64,000 nt of DNA from Cenococcum geophilum (lineage: Eukaryota), in NCBI GenBank assembly GCA_050273025.1, contig CP158635.1:2604001-2668000 (forward strand), given 5' to 3'. The translations under genes and the position numbers were made by a program. Positions 11,871 through 23,088 of this stretch are shown here, piece by piece (position 1 is the stretch's first letter; every line of letters begins with the position of its first letter). The notes under the pieces were generated by a model. That model saw only the letters and a program-made list of their open reading frames with translations. It ran no database searches and had not been told where the DNA came from.

Positions 11871-13382
11871 ATAAGCGGCCGATATTGGCACGTGCGCAAC
11901 CACTAAAAATCGGCCATTTTTGAAGATATATTACTACTCTAATACTTTGTCATTTGCCCATTACGTCTCTTACAATCGTGTAGACGCTTTGGAGGCATTT
12001 CATCGTAGAACGGTAAAGATATTCAGTAAATAAGAAGGTAAACAATCGTCGATTTTTGCAAGCGCGGCTGAAGACAAAGTTGGGCCCTCACGTGAGAGCG
12101 AGCGGGGTCGAGCATCGAACTCGTAATGGTCAGAGTCATCAACATGGCGCCACGAAAGAAACTTTTGCCGCCCGGCGAGAAGGCAGAATTGCACATCGTG
12201 TAAAACGCAGTTGGTTGAAGCCCGGGTCCTGGTAAGTTTGCTACGTCCCGACTCTCATGCTCCAGCTGACTTACACCTTCCAGTGTGACTACCAGATGCA
12301 CAAACCGTCGACACGCTGAAACAAGCTATTGCTCATCATCCCATTCTGTGCCCGCACCAACCGGTTCGGCCAGATGTGGCTTTCGCAGACACCTACCGCG
12401 AACGCACGACGTCTCTAGCCTTGGCCTCCGACACTCCGTCCGACGATATGGCCTGGCCTTGATACAGATTCGTGAAAAGGTCTGTGATATAAGGCCCGCC
12501 AACTGGCATGAAATTGGAAGCCGTCCCTACGATATTGTGGAGATGGCGAAGGGAAGATTGTGGAAGATGGCGGAGGAAAATTGGACTAGGAAGGGAGACT
12601 GATACGGCCACACGCGCCACTCTGGTCCAGCTGTGGCTGACAGAACCCCTTGGCGCGAAGACGGGCTCCCTCAGCTTGCGCCGGGCCTCGTCGTCAGCGA
12701 CCAGCCAGGAGTGGACTTTGAGAGCGATGGCCCCCCCTTATTGACGCCCCCCCATTGTCGAACCAGAAGTTGAAGCGATGGGGCCCATGTGCTTAAAGGG
12801 CAGCTTACTATGGTGGGTCGCTCAATTTGACCCGGTTTTGTTGAAAGTGACTGAATTGAGCACGGCTGATTATAGACTGAATTACTGAATCACTGTTAAG
12901 TCCTGTCTCTCACTGGCCAAATCTCCCCTGTCTAATGTTGGGGGGGGCTTTGAATATTCCTTCACAATTGATATGACAACAGGCGCACTGACTGAACCTT
13001 CAGGCCCACACAACGACATCACGTCCGCGCACCGAGTGATCTACTCTCTGCTGTTAAATACACCACAAGCTAAAACGCTCACTAACCTCGGTTTAAACTC
13101 ATTCCTTTGCTCTATTGCTTCAACACACATCCAGTACCACCGGTGCTAATGCTAAGACCTCTAAGCCCGCCTAGCGAAAGGGAAATTAAAGAGGACATTG
13201 GGATCTAGATTATATGCAAGTGTTGGTATATGGAGTTCGCGGTTACGATGGTAATTGAAGTTTTATTTTCACGACTTGTAAGACATGTCCCACATTTTGG
13301 TGATATATTGTGTCTGCTTGAGGATCTCGAACAGACCTTGTAAGCGAAATTTCGCGGCTTAACCAGAGAAACATATCCCCCA

Positions 13383-15601
13383 TCACTGGTCCGCCAACGC
13401 AGACAGAGCCTTCATACGATTCTGAGCAAGCATCGTCAGGCGATCCATGCCGATCTTTTCGGTACCCTTAAGGCTCAGGAGGTGTGCACTCTTGATGAGG
13501 TTCTTGATCTCGCGGCCGTTGAGCTTGACCTCGGCTAACTCATCAAGGTCGCCGTCGGATACGGTAAACTTGTCACGCCCGGCGCGGTTAATGAAATTCT
13601 CCCACACCTGGCGCCGTGCGGCGACCGTCAGATTCGCGTATGGCAGGAAGAGGTCGACACGAGACTGGAAAGCGTGGTCGAGGGCCGACATGCGGTTCGT
13701 AGTGAGGAAGCAAATGCCTTGGTAGTACTCGAGCTTGGTGAGGAAGACTTGGGTAATGTTGTTAAATACCTACTTCTCGTTGGAGGGGTGGAGAACTCCA
13801 TCACTTACCAGCAACAAGCTCGTTTCTCGCGAGATCGACGTTGGTACGGGCACCGAGGAAGACATCCGCCTCATCGAGAAGCAGCATGGCGTTCCACAGC
13901 TTGCACAGATCAAGAGCCCGGTCGAGAGCCGCTTCGACTTCCTTAGGCCGGGTTCCGAGCGTGCCCGCACTTATGGCGTAAAGTGGGACGCGAGCTCGTT
14001 CAGCAACTAAATGAGAGCTTAGTCAATACTATTCATGCATTTTAGTCGTAGTAAAGCCTACCTGCTTCGGCAGTGTACGTCTTGCCAACACCAGGCGGAC
14101 CAAACATCAGGATAATGATGCCGCGGCCTAGGGCGAGTCAGAGGACGGGATAAAACATGTTGAAGCGACTGCGGCCTACCTTTATCCTGGACGAAGTCGT
14201 CAAACTGGTTGCTAGCCAGAGCCTTGTTCTCGACAAATGCCCAGGCGAGCTCCTTCTCCCTACCAGGAAGGACCAGATGGTTGAAGGCAGAGTCGTTCCA
14301 CACAATTGGGGAAAGATCGCTGACGCAGAATTGAGCTATTCACTGTATCAGCAAAAAGGGGGTACTGCCATTAGGTAATTCAAAGCGTTAAATTCGTACC
14401 CCATTCTTTGGTCTTAAGGTCTAGTCCCCTTAGCCACGGAGTTGCAAGAAGACACTGATCATCGGTGAGACTGCCAAGGACTTCGCAGCGAGCTATAGCT
14501 TTGTTCAGAGACTTGGCTGCTGTCATATCCGTGCTGTCTGCCACGGGCGCGTCGCAATCACTGTCTTCGCCGGATGAAGAACTGTTTCCGCTTGAGGGGT
14601 CACCTTGGGCATCGTCCTCTTCTGGGGGTACCAGTTGTCGCAGCTGAGGCTTCACCATGTTTTCAGTTTGGTAATAGCCATAGGCATCTACGATGACTCT
14701 GCCTGCCACCTGCGATGTTGATCTTGTCAGTATGAGTCGATCTGGCTAGGTCAAGCAGGAGTATTACCGGCCGCTCCTCTGGCTTAGTCCCCAGGAGGAT
14801 CTTAGTTCCAACACAAGTCTGGAAATGATACCCACGGAGGGTCTCAAATTTGCGCCCTCGCTCGATAATCCGGGTTCTGATCTCCGCTGCCGATTCGTTG
14901 AAGGAAAGTGGGTAGACTGGAAGGGACACGACGTGACGCAGGCCTCCAAAATACCCGATGGTGACCCTGGTGCTGGTATATCCGCAGCATTCACCGTTCC
15001 AGTCGACATACTCTAGGCTGATAACCCAGTGCGGAGATTCACGCACCTTCTCATACTTGGTAACGCGGCAGACGGCCTCAACGCCGTAGAAGGTGGTTAC
15101 CGCGAATTCACCAGGAGGAAAGATCTGCCAGACATCATCGAAGACGACCTTCCCGGTCCGCTTGGTGCGGGCCAAGGCATCCACAGAAGAAGCAAGGATG
15201 GGACGGAGAAATTCCATCATCTGGTCAATAGCCTCCTTGCTCGATGCCTCGGTCGCCTCCTCGCAAAGCGCGTTGAGACGATCCCAGCGGTGTAAGATAG
15301 GCTTGAATGGGGACTTGAAGGCCCACTTCTCCAACTCTAGGTCGAAATCCTGGTACTTGGCGAGAGCGACCTTGAGATGGGCTCTCATAGCTGGACTCTG
15401 GATAGTGAACGATTCGGTGACCCATTTCCGATTGGTGAAGATGTGTCGGTGGAGGATTGGATCATCGGTGGTGCTGCTCTTGAAATACTTTTGCTCCTCT
15501 TCGTGGTCGGCGAATTTCGACCATCGTTTGCAACACTTGTCGTGCCTGAAGAGCTTTGTGACGGGATTCATTGCTGGCGCTGGAGCAGTCCTCTTGGCCA
15601 T
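13383..15601 (-). CDS. Fungal AAA+ ATPase with an N-terminal DUF7025-like region, 642 aa
   Basis: Six exons (15601-14768, 14709-14400, 14335-14180, 14127-14062, 14006-13809, 13747-13383) with GT-AG introns give an open 1929-nt CDS. Motifs: Walker A GPPGVGKT, Walker B LLLDEAD, sensor FLTTNR, AFQSR and LNGREIKN. Confidence 0.93.
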
Positions 15602-15905
15602 TGTTGTTCTTTGTGTTTGGGGACTTCTTTAAGGTGTTTCGGGACGGGTTGGTAGTATTCTCAAAGGATATTTTAAGAGGGGAATATGGTTTGCCGTCGT
15701 TTAGGTAAACACAAATTTTTTTTTTTAGTGCCCCACAGTTCCACAATGAGGCGATGTCTGCCTAGTTGTCTGCCTGTATTGGTATGCATTGCTGGCTGCC
15801 TTAGCCCCCTTTGATCTTTTGGCCGCCCAAGGTTTCACCTAATACAGTTCCCTCGCTTCTCGACAGGAATTCTTAGTGCGCTGAGCAAATGTGGTTAAGC
15901 GTTAG

Positions 15906-16135
15906 GCCTGTGAGTCACTGAACTGGAGCATACACCTCGGGGAGTATTGCCGGGTGGAAGATGTCATCAGGAAAATCAAGGATTTCAACCCGGACCCAGT
16001 CATTTTTGGCAGACATCCATGGGACAAAGCCTTCGAAAGGGCCTTCCGAGGCAGTTTTCGAGAGTTAATGAGCATGCATCTTAGTTTCGGACCTGCCATT
16101 GGTTGCGCTGCCCGAATCTTCCAGGCGTTGGCCTA
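15906..16135 (+). pseudogene. Fragment of a fungal hypothetical-protein gene, cut at the AT-rich boundary
   Basis: GC-balanced open frame after a TTAG acceptor-like site (ACESLNWSIHLGEYCRVEDVIRK...GRHPWDKAFERAFRGSFRELM..FGPAIGCAARIFQALA). It ends abruptly where RIP-type sequence begins, and no 5' exon is evident. Confidence 0.55.
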
Positions 16136-16614
16136 TGTTATAGTAAAAAATTAAACTTAATAATAAACTTAATTTAATTTTACTACCTGTAATTAGGGTT
16201 TTAGTATTAGAGCGTCCAAATTCGGATAGTTTAGACGCTGCTTTTAAAGGCTCTAACACTACGTCGAACCCCGTAACCCCTGCCACCCTGGCGTGTTACC
16301 CCTATTACCGCCCTTACTCCCCCAGTTACTACCTTACCTATAAAACCTACTATATTAGAATACTGCGGCCATTAAAGCGCTTACTCTTTGGGTCCTTAAA
16401 GGTTAACCAGCACTATAGAGAAAGGGTATAAATACTTACGTTAGCCTCTTACCTAACCTACCTCTTCTTTATTTACCGCTATTTACGACTTACCTATCTC
16501 TATTTTAATACCGTAACTCTCTTAACCTAAACTATAGACCTCTTTTCTTATTTTATTCTTTTAGCGTATATCTTTACTCCTCTATTTTATACGCTCTAAT
16601 TACTTTCTACTACT

Positions 16615-16861
16615 TGTCAATCGGTAGTCCGTGCGTCGATTGTAAGAAAAGAATAAGAACTCTATTTATTAAATATGGCTCTAGAGCCTCTATATATATA
16701 TAAGAAAGGTATAGGAAATAGGAAAGACAAGGGGGGTAGGGAGTGGTAATGGAAATAAGGAGTAGGTGACTAAGTTAAGACGGGGTAGGTGACCGAGTCA
16801 ATGACTACGTCAATGGGTAGGTAGCTAAGTCGGTGACAAGATAATCTGATTTAGGTCGACA
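16615..16861. mobile_element. Solo LTR (247 bp)
   Basis: TGTCAA...TCGACA termini with 5-bp TSD CTACT on both sides (16610-16614, 16862-16866) and internal GGGTAGGTGACxxAGT repeats. Confidence 0.85.
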
Positions 16862-17019
16862 CTACTCCTTAACTACTTTATTACTCTTCTGTCGCCGTTT
16901 TATTTATAATTACCATACTCCTTCTATCTATAGCCCTATGTTATTCTATCGCCCTTCTCTACTTCCTTTTTATCCTCACTCTTTTTCTAATATATTATTA
17001 CCTATAGTTAGGCCTATAT

Positions 17020-18330
17020 AATAATAATATAAGTTTAAAGAAAGTAACCCTAATAAAAGAGGGTTAAGTACGTAGGCGATTATTATAAAAATCTTAGTAA
17101 AAGGCTAATACTATAAGGTCTAGTTAAAGTAGAGCCTATAGATACTACTATAACTAATATAGGCATAGTATAGAGGAAATTAAAGCTATAAGTTAAGTAT
17201 TTATTATCCTATAAATTCTACTTATTAGCGATTAGGTATTATAAAGAGATTAACTAAAGTCCTACTAACTTTTTAAAATCTTTAATAGCACGAGATTATA
17301 TAGCGTTCTTTTAATAGGTTTTAGATTACTTCCCTTATATATATAGAAGAAATTTAGTCTCTACTAGTACTAGAGAGTATTTAAGCTACTATTTAAAGAA
17401 TATATAAATAGCTTAATAGAAGAAGACGTAATAAAGGATATTAATAACGTATAGATTTCCTCTATAAAGACTAAAAGCGTTTTTACTAATATAAGTACTA
17501 TAGTATATTAAAATCCTAAGGAAGGGATATAATTTTAATATATTAATATAGGGTAAACTAGTATTATTAATTAACGGCCTTCTTTAAGTATTATACTACT
17601 ACTAGGTATTTAATACCTAGGTATATACTAATAAGGAATAGCGGATACTCCTTACTCTACTATTACTATTTACCGCCTATATAGGGTCTTAGCTATACTC
17701 GCTAGTTAACGCGGCTATAAAGAAGGTCAATAAGGTTATAGGAAGTAATATAGAAGAGGCTAGCCCTTATAACGATATTAATAGGCTTAATAATAGATAT
17801 AAAAGTGCGTATGTAAATAATAGTAAGGATAATAAGGACGAATTCTCTTTTACGGCCGTAGATACGACTAAGTTAAAATTAATACTCTACTAGGATATTA
17901 CGATACTTATAGTACGAGTTAGAGATTATATAGTACTAGCTATATTTATTATAATAATCTACGGAAAGGGAGAGGATTAAAAGCCTTAACTATAGGTATC
18001 CCTATTTCACTTTCCTTTTATTTATAGAAAAACGTATAAAATATATTAAAGTTATAACCCTTTTCTTTATCCTATAGCCCTTATAGTTACTATAGGACTT
18101 TATAATAATACCTTCACTATTTTAAATATATAAGACCCTAAATAGATTTTACGTACTTAGGTACCTGCTTAAAAACCGTATAGAATCTTTAGATAGAAGG
18201 AGAGGAAATTAAATAAACCTATATTTCGCGAACTAGAATATTATAAAGGCTAAACTTTTACGTCTAAAAAGAGCTTTATATCCCTACGCGCTAAAACTTT
18301 TTATCGTTATATAAAGTAACTAGGATATAA
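17020..18330 (+). pseudogene. DUF3435 tyrosine recombinase (Starship captain family), RIP-inactivated and truncated by an LTR insertion
   Basis: De-RIPed plus-strand translation across three short introns gives KSSLHQYWRVFK, YI..L...Y..D....KPVL, L.YHWVFDT..Y..EEQR.LLAL.LLF.AYTGSRP.SLV (~17590-17705), an acidic insert, LYQDI....VR, (H)GKGED.KP (~17960), LCP.AL..A.GL.D.AF, PIFR and Y.KRLG. The sequence stops at the 18331 LTR, before the C-terminal catalytic motifs. Confidence 0.85.
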
Positions 18331-18628
18331 TATTAGTCTTAAATAGCTATTATTATGGCGCTAGTGGAAACTAGTGGATTATAGCTAGTAGATATTAGTA
18401 GATTATAGCGGATAGTCGCAGACAGTTTTATATAGTTTTAGATAGTTTTAGATAGTTTTAAACAATTACCGTTATGTAACTAGAGGATTGTATATAATAT
18501 TAAACGGCGCCGCCCTCCGCTTCCCTTCCTTTCTTTAGCTTTAGATCTTTGTTTATAGACAATCCAATTATATAGGCTTGCGCGACCTATTTGCCGTACT
18601 CGTGCCTTAATTAACTAAGTTGCTAATA
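18331..18628 (+). repeat. Putative 5' LTR of Gypsy H (~298 bp)
   Basis: TATTAG...CTAATA termini (RIPed TGTTAG...CTAACA). It starts exactly where the DUF3435 frame stops and has internal GATAGTTTTA repeats. The partner LTR is not in the window. Confidence 0.6.
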
Positions 18629-20939
18629 TTATCTAAAGCTTATCTACTTTTCTTCCTAAGAAGGAACTTAAATATATTTATAGAACTATAAATAAGAACA
18701 GAATATAAAAATAGACTTAAAGACTATTACCAGAACTTAAAGAATAGAATAGAACTAGAAGAATAGAAAAGAATATTAAGATTTATAGAATATGTATAGA
18801 CTAGAACTCCTATAAAATCCTACTAAAAGTTGCCCTAACGACTATACCATTATACTAAGAAATACTGTGGCTAGTAAAGCAGCTATAGGACCTTTAAATA
18901 CCTCTAACAATAAAACAGCAACTAACTTAAACTTTTAGGTAGAGCTTATAGCAGCTAATGCTAAAAATTAAATAACTTTAAGAGCTACTTAAAGCTAGAG
19001 AACCCTCTATACCTAGTAAAGAGTTATTAAACACCTAAAGACTTACTATAGTCCTTAAAACCCTAGCCTAATATATAGTATTAATATCGTTACAGTCTGT
19101 AAAGGTTATAAACCCTCTATTACTTATAGATAGAACCGACCTTATATTTAATAATTAGAAGCTTTAATTATAGGATAAGCTTAAAGTTAATACGGACTAC
19201 TTCCTTACTACTTAGGCTAAAATAGCCTACGTTTTCGGCCGTACTGGCGGGGATATATAGACGTACCTACGTCCGCGATATGTATAGGACTTAGTAGATC
19301 CCTTCCCCTCTAAAGAAAAGATAATTATTTACTTATCTTCTATCTATAAGGACCTCTTTAAAGTATAAAATGCCTAACTTAATTATAAAAGCCTAAATAT
19401 AAAAATAATAGAGACCTTTTTAGCCTTTTAGACCCACTTTCTATACCTAGCTAACTAGGTTTAAATTCCCTAAAAAGATCTAATGCTAGACCTATTTAAT
19501 AAGCTTACCCTAAACCTATAGCGAGCCGTACTACTAGTTTTTACTACTATATAGACGCTAAAGGAACTTATAGACTAGTGCTTGGCTATTAACTAAGGCC
19601 TCTGCTAAATTAAGGTACGCGCTAAATAGTATAAAGCTAGAAACCTATTAAATTAGACTATAAGTAATATAAGAACGGCTTGTAATACCCTAGCATAATT
19701 AGTAACCCCTATAGCACTACCTACATAGCCTACCGCTAATTTAGTAGCTAGCTATATAGCTAGTCCTACTGTAGGTCTGGCGAATGCTTGGCCTATATAT
19801 AGTAACCCCTATATATAGGCCCTTAGCGATTAAGGTGCTTACTTCTTTTATGGTTAGAAAGGCTACTATATAAAGAATTACCTAATAAATATAAAGGCGG
19901 ATAAGGTCCTATTAATCTAGAAGGATAGTATAGAATTAGAAAAAGAGGAACTTTAGAGGAAAACTCCTCTTTAGGGTTAAAAGGGATTAATATATTATAT
20001 ATTAATCTAGGTAAGCTAATTAGTAGAAGAAGCTGCACTATCCCTTATACTTTATTTTGTAATAGATATTAAGTTTTAACCTCTATTTTAGCTAACTCTA
20101 AAGTAAATGCCTTTACCTTAATAGATACCTAATATACCGTAAAGCTGGCTAACTTTTTAAATATACCTATTAAAGAACTACCTAAACTAATTTCTATTCG
20201 CGGGTATAATAGACGGATAGGGCTACCTATTATAACTCTCTTATAAATTTACCTCCGCGTTAATAGATGAAGGTAGTATAATATCCCCTTTATTATAGAC
20301 CTAGGAAGTTATAATATAATCTTAGAAAGAAAATGGCTAGCCTATTTAGGCTTATAGCTTAATATATAGAGTAGGCGGCTTATCTAGCCTAAAACTTTAC
20401 CCCTAACCCCTTCTTTTATAAAAGAAATTAGTATTATAATAGAAAACCTTATATAGCCCTAGATTAATACTATTTACTAGGTAGATACTATGCGTAGAGA
20501 TAAGACCTTTAAGAAAGATATATAGCTTAACCCATAACGGATCTATATACTACGCCGCCCCTAAACTAGTTATATATACTAAAGACCTAAAAAGCTAGTA
20601 GTAACCTAGCTAAGTTAACTATAGAGAACTTAGGCCCTATATAGCTATAAAGGAAAGCTAGGAATATTAGACGCTATACTAAACTAATAGATAAGAAAAA
20701 TACCTTATGGAAAATAGAACGTAAGCTAAGGAAGACTATAAACTATATACCGTAAAATATAACTTAATAGATATCTATAAAGAAACTAGCGGACCTTCTA
20801 CTAGTTAATATCTGCTATATTAGTGCCGTAGGATTCTACTAGAACTTAGTTTAGCCTAATACTATTACCTTTATAACTAGCTTATACAAAATTAATTAAA
20901 TAATTAAGGAAAAGGAAAGCGAACTTAGTAGATAAAAAA

Positions 20940-21333
20940 TGTAACGAAGCCTTGTAGGAAATACTACGGTAGACTTACTAATAGGCTGGGTATATAGAAA
21001 ATAATAAGTTAAAAACATAATAACTAGTAGAGTGGTTGCCTAATAGATTAACTACAAAGAAGAGAACTATCTAGGTAGGGATTGTGGTCCTTTAAATATA
21101 TAATACTGTGCCTAAGAAATGTACTAAGTACGTTAGTACATTAGTACGTTAGTATATTACGTTTTTATGTTTTTATGTTCTTATATTCTAAACTTATAAT
21201 ATAACCGCCCACGTAACTTAGCTACCCCTTATTTTATAGTTTAACTAGTTCTAGCACCTCTTATGCTTTTACTACTAGTCCATTTATATCTCTCCTTAAT
21301 AGTGCTACTACTATTAATATAAGGTCCGTAATA
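20940..21333 (-). repeat. 3' LTR of Gypsy B
   Basis: TGTAACGAAGCC...CCGTAATA; aligns with 44564-44897 plus 50189-50252. Confidence 0.9.
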
Positions 21334-21407
21334 CTATCCCCCTCCTCTTTATCTTTATTCTTAAAGATATCTCCTATCTTTAAATTAATAACCTTTATTG
21401 TTTCTAA

Positions 21408-22030
21408 TATCTCTTATTAAATCCTTTATATTTAATTATTATAACTAGCTAGTAATATTTATTCTTTTACTTAGTAAAGTTATGCTATTCTGTTCTTATT
21501 ATACGGAGAAGAAGTTAGTATATATTATAATCGCGGCTCTATTTAGTCGCTAACCTTTTTTTTATATTAAGTATACGTAAGCAAATATATAATTATCCTA
21601 TAATATTTAATCCGTTTCTAATGCTAAGTGTATATATCTTATTACCCTTTATAACCGTTTAGTTTTTTATTTAATTAATCTTAGGGTTTTATATATTAGT
21701 AGCGGCTAAAAGATTAAAGAGTAAGCTAGTTAAGGCCCTTGCTAAAGTTTAACGCCGTTTTAATAAGGCGTCTTAGGCTCTAAAGGCTTAACTTAATACT
21801 TATACTTAATTATCTTGCTTAATAAAGGTTTATAAGAAGGTACGCTCTAAAGAGTTTTGTTTAGTAAAGTAAGGTCTCTTTAAGCTTAAGGTAAAGGAGG
21901 CTAAAAAGGATTCTAGTTAAGAAGAGGTAGAAACAACTTATACGCTAATAGTAGATCCCCTAGATAACCTGGCTTATTTATTACCTTTAACTAATCCCTT
22001 TATCTTTAACACCTTTTTAATATTACCTAA
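21408..22030 (+). pseudogene. Antisense accessory gene of Gypsy B: Zn2Cys6-like six-Cys cluster plus coiled coil (RIP-mutated, one putative intron)
   Basis: The frame from 21482 has TGT then five TAT codons spaced x2-x6-x13-x2-x8. A putative intron (~21629-21684, GTATAT..CTTAG) is followed by a heptad-like L/E/K/R-rich stretch. Ends are approximate. Confidence 0.65.
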
Positions 22031-23088
22031 CCTTTTTTTTTTTAAATACTTCTATACCTTTTCTATAGCCTTTTTTAGGTTTTATAATAGCTCCTAGGTA
22101 GTCTTATTATAGCTTATCTACTTTACTTTATATTATATTTTATTGTTAATATCCTTATAATTAACGATCTTTAAAACTTACTATTTGTCTTCTTCTTGTC
22201 CTCTATACGCTGGCTCTAATATTGCGATATGCTATATAGGGTAGATTTTTATCTTTACTGGTAAGTTAAGTCTATACATAACTTCTAAAATCTTAGCTAT
22301 AATTTTAAATAGCCCCAGTCTAATATAATCTAATTTCTTACTTAGTTGTTAATTTATAAAAAATTTGTATAATAGCTATACTTTATCTCCCTTCTTAAGA
22401 TCTAGTCCCTTAGATCTCTTAGTATTATAGTACCTTTTTATTTTTTATTATACTATTTTTACTAATTCTATAAGGTCTATATAAAGATTTATTAGTGTTT
22501 TTATTCTTTCTTTAGCTATGCTACTTATTTTCTTTACTTATTATAGTAATAATAATATTCTTGGCTTATATCTATAGTTTGCCTTAAATAGTGATATACC
22601 TATTTCTTCTTATGGTGTTATATTATATATAAACTATATAACTAGTAATAACAATACCTAATTATTGTGCGCGTAATTAATATAATATCTTAGATACTGC
22701 TCTAGCGTTTAATTTAATCTTTCCATTTAACTATCTGTCTGTAGGTAATATACTATTAATATTGCTACGCGAACCCCTTATTCCGCTAAAAATATCTTTT
22801 AGAATACTGCTATAAATCTTAAATCTCTATCTAATATAATTTTACTTAGTGCTCCATATCTTATAAATACTTCTTTAATATAGATTTTAGTAATATCCTC
22901 CACTAAGATTTCTTCTGTATATGCTATAAAGTAGCCCTACTTAGTTAACTTGTCTACTATTATAAGGATTATATTATACTTCTATCCGGTAATAGGATCT
23001 CTTAACTTTAGTAACTTAATAATAAAGTCCTATAATATAACCTCCTATAGTCTCTCTGGTATTTTAATAGGTTATAGCCCTCTATATA

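Larger units (their letters stand above)
16136..18330 (+). mobile_element. Probable 5' end of a RIP-degraded Starship-like (DUF3435 tyrosine recombinase) element; the remainder is displaced beyond the window by nested TEs
   Basis: A sharp GC-to-AT boundary at 16136 truncates a host gene fragment. It is followed, ~630 bp later once the solo LTR is removed, by a captain-type recombinase pointing away from the boundary. Confidence 0.65.

Noticed and set aside
12285..12760. GC-rich stretch with coding-like minus frame (AIALKVHSWLVADDEARRKLREPVFAPRG)
   Set aside because: Could be a gene relic, but no family could be recognised and no start/splice structure was found.
13447..15655. Plus-strand ORFs overlapping the AAA ATPase
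   Set aside because: Antisense shadows; the spliced minus-strand gene explains the region.
4800..16135. Gene island as cargo of the adjacent captain
   Set aside because: The captain points away from the island and the putative element boundary lies between them; cargo is expected downstream of a captain.
16136..16258. Possible short LTR (TGTTATAG...CTCTAACA)
   Set aside because: No TSD, no partner LTR, and no gag/pol follows; the downstream sequence is a DUF3435 gene.
16400..17100. Apparent K/R/E-rich minus-strand reading
   Set aside because: It is the complement of a pyrimidine-rich leader upstream of the plus-strand recombinase, with no motif support.
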